The notes beneath the pieces are model-generated. The model saw nothing but the letters and a program-made list of their open reading frames with translations. It was not told where the DNA came from and ran no database searches. Below are positions 61,665 through 64,000 of a stretch of DNA of 64,000 nt, piece by piece; positions within the stretch are counted from its first letter, which is position 1, and each line of letters opens with the position of its first letter. The position numbers and the translations under genes are program-made. The stretch covers positions 64,795,548 to 64,859,547 of the forward strand of contig NC_057718.1 in the NCBI RefSeq assembly GCF_004010195.1, given 5' to 3'. Origin of the DNA: Chiloscyllium plagiosum (lineage: Eukaryota).

Positions 61665-64000
61665 GGGAAGGTGATGGCCTAGTGGTATTATTGCTAGACT
61701 ATTAATCCAGAAACTCAGCTAATGTTCTGGGGACCAAAGTTCAAATCCCACCATGGCAGATGGTGGAATTTGAATTCAATAAAAAGCACTGGAATTAAGA
61801 ATCCACTGATGACCATGAAATCATTACCGATTGTCAGAAAACTCCATCTGGTTCACTAATGCCTTTCAGGGAAAGAAATCTGTCATCCTCACCTGGTCTG
61901 GCTTGCATGCGATTATAGACCCATAGGAACGTGGTTTACTTTCAAACTGTTGTCTGAAATAGCCATCAAGCCATTCCGTTGTGCCAATCTTTACAAAGCA
62001 TCAAAGAAATTAAACTGGATGGATCACCTGCATTGACCTAGGCACCGGAAAACACAAGGGTGGAAACAGCCCTGTCGACTCTGAAAAGTCTTCCTTCGTG
62101 ACATTTGGAGGCTAGTGTCAAAATTAGGAGAGCTGACTCACCGACTGGTCAAGCAACAGTCTGACATAGTCATACCCACATAATCATACCTTACAGACAA
62201 ATGTCCCAGTTACCACCATCACCATTCCTGGATATGGCCTGTCCCACTGGCGGGACAGACCTGGCAGAGGTGGCGGCACAATGGAATACAGTTGGGAGGG
62301 AGTTGTCCTGGGAGTTCTCAACATTGTCTCCAGATTGCCTGAAGTCTCGTGGCTTCAGGTTAAACATGGGCAAGGAAACCTCCTGCTGATTACCACATAC
62401 CATTCTCTTTCAGCTAATGAATCAGTACTCCTCCATGGTGAACATTTATTGGAAGCACCAAGGATGGCAAGGGCACAAAATATTCTCTGGTTCAGAGATT
62501 TCAATGTCCACCACCAAGAGTAGCTCAGCAGCAGTACTACTGATCAAGCTGGTTGAGTTCAAAAGGACATAGCCTTTAGACTGGACATGTGGTGGGCGAT
62601 GAGGGAACCAACAAGAGGCAAAGCATACTTAACATCATCCTTATCAGTCTGCCAGTTGCAGGCACAACTGTCCATGACTGTATTGGTAAGAGTGACCATT
62701 GTGTAGTTCTTGTGGACATGAAGTCTCGACTTCACATAGAGAATAACCCCATCACGTTGTGTGGCGCTATCACCGTGCTAAATGGAACAGACTTCGAACA
62801 ACTCAAGTCTGGGCATCCATGAGGCACTGCGGGCCATTTACAGCAGCAGAATTGTTCTCCAGCACAATCTGTAACCTCATGGCTTGGCATATCCCCCACT
62901 CATCCATTACCATCAAGCCAGGGGATCAACCCTAGTTCAAAGGATAGAGCAGGAGGGCATTCCAGAGCAGCACCTGGCAATCCTGAAAATTAGGCGTCAA
63001 CTTGCATGCCAAAGAGTTTAAACAGCAGATGATAGACAGAGCTAAGCAATTGTACAACTAATGGATCAGATCAAAGCTCTGCAATCCTGCCACATACAGT
63101 TGTGAATGGTGGGGACAATTAAACAATTCCCTGGAGAAGGAGACTCCACAAATATCTCCTTTATCAAAGATTGAAAAGTAAGGCACATCAGTGCAAAAGA
63201 TAAGTCTGAAGCTTTAGCAGCAACCTTTAGCCAGAAGTGCCGAGTGGATAATCCATCTTCCTCCAGTGGTCCCCAGCCTTACAGATACCAGTCCTCAGCC
63301 TCCGTGTGATACCAACAAATGGTAGGAGACACTGGATACTGAAATAGCTACAAGCCCTGACAACTTTCTGGCAATATTACTAAAAAACCTGTGCTCCAGA
63401 ACTTGATGCTTTCCTAGCCAAGCTGTTCTTGTACAGTTATAACACTGGCACCTACCTGACAATGTGGAAAATTGTCCAGGTATATCCTGTGTATAAAAAG
63501 AAGGACAGATCCAACCTGGCCCATCAGTCTACTCTCAATGATCTGTAAAGCGATGGAAGGTGTCATCAATATTGCTATCAAGCAGCACCTGCTCAGCAAT
63601 AACCTGCTCAGTGATGCCCAGTTTGGGTTCTGTCAGGGCCACTCAGCTCCTGACTTTATTACAACCTTGGATCAAACATGGACAAAAGAGCTGGATTCCA
63701 GAGGTGAGGTGAGGATGACAGCCCTTAGCATCGAAACTGCATTCAATCAAGTGTGGCATCAAGGAGTCTTAGCAAAACTGGAATGAATGCATATCAGGGG
63801 CAGGCTCTCCACTGGTTGGAGTCATACCTGACAAATAGGAAGATGGTCTTGGTTGATGGAAGTCAGCCATCTCACCTCCAGGACAAGTCTTCAGGGGTTC
63901 CTCAGGGTAGTGTCCGAGACCCAATCTTCTTCAGCTGTTTCATCAATGTCCTTCCCTCCATCATAAGGTCAGAAGTGGGGATGTTCGCTGATGTTCAGCA
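61665..64000 (+). mobile_element. CR1-group LINE with tRNA-like 5' head directly followed by decayed EN-RT ORF; runs off the window
   Basis: A-box TGGCCTAGTGG 61675-61685, B-box GTTCAAATCC 61739-61748. From about 62088 DIWRLVSKLGELTHRLVKQQSDIVIPT*SYL (APE N-terminus), DFNVHHQE, GKSDHCVV, WPISLLS...QFGFCQGHS, ggggttcctcagggtagtgtc (GVPQGSV), ttcgctgatg (FAD). Confidence 0.9.

Noticed and set aside
58532..64000. Next upstream RSK3 exon (linker with FRGFSFV hydrophobic motif)
   Set aside because: Not found on the minus strand; it presumably lies beyond the window.

Overview
This is cartilaginous-fish (shark-like) genomic DNA, judged from HE1-type SINEs and HER1/CR1 LINEs, with three assembly gaps (475-488, 42991-43652, 44996-45767). 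The only host gene I can support is the 3' part of RPS6KA2 (RSK3) on the minus strand. Eight coding exons (58531 down to 18480) splice in frame into the C-terminal kinase domain, the ERK-docking motif and the STRL tail; the N-terminal exons are not in the window. The last intron uses a GC-AG donor. The rest is mostly transposon-derived: CR1 LINE fragments, tRNA-derived SINEs, Penelope-like elements (PLEs), a Tc1/pogo-like MITE and two LTRs. Four observations stand out. (1) Minimal type-I hammerhead ribozyme motifs from about five sequence families of different ages are carried by PLE-derived repeats, including a ~90-bp TSD-flanked insertion that is little more than a ribozyme and an intact copy in the sense strand of an RSK3 intron. 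(2) A retrovirus-like polypurine tract plus LTR is nested in a CR1 and itself interrupted by a PLE. (3) A LINE family appears to lack ORF1 and starts with a tRNA-like pol III head that it shares with a SINE-length derivative. (4) An old ~740-bp inverted repeat lies just downstream of the RSK3 stop codon. All repeat-family names come from recognition by eye, not from a database search, and repeat boundaries are approximate unless a TSD is given.
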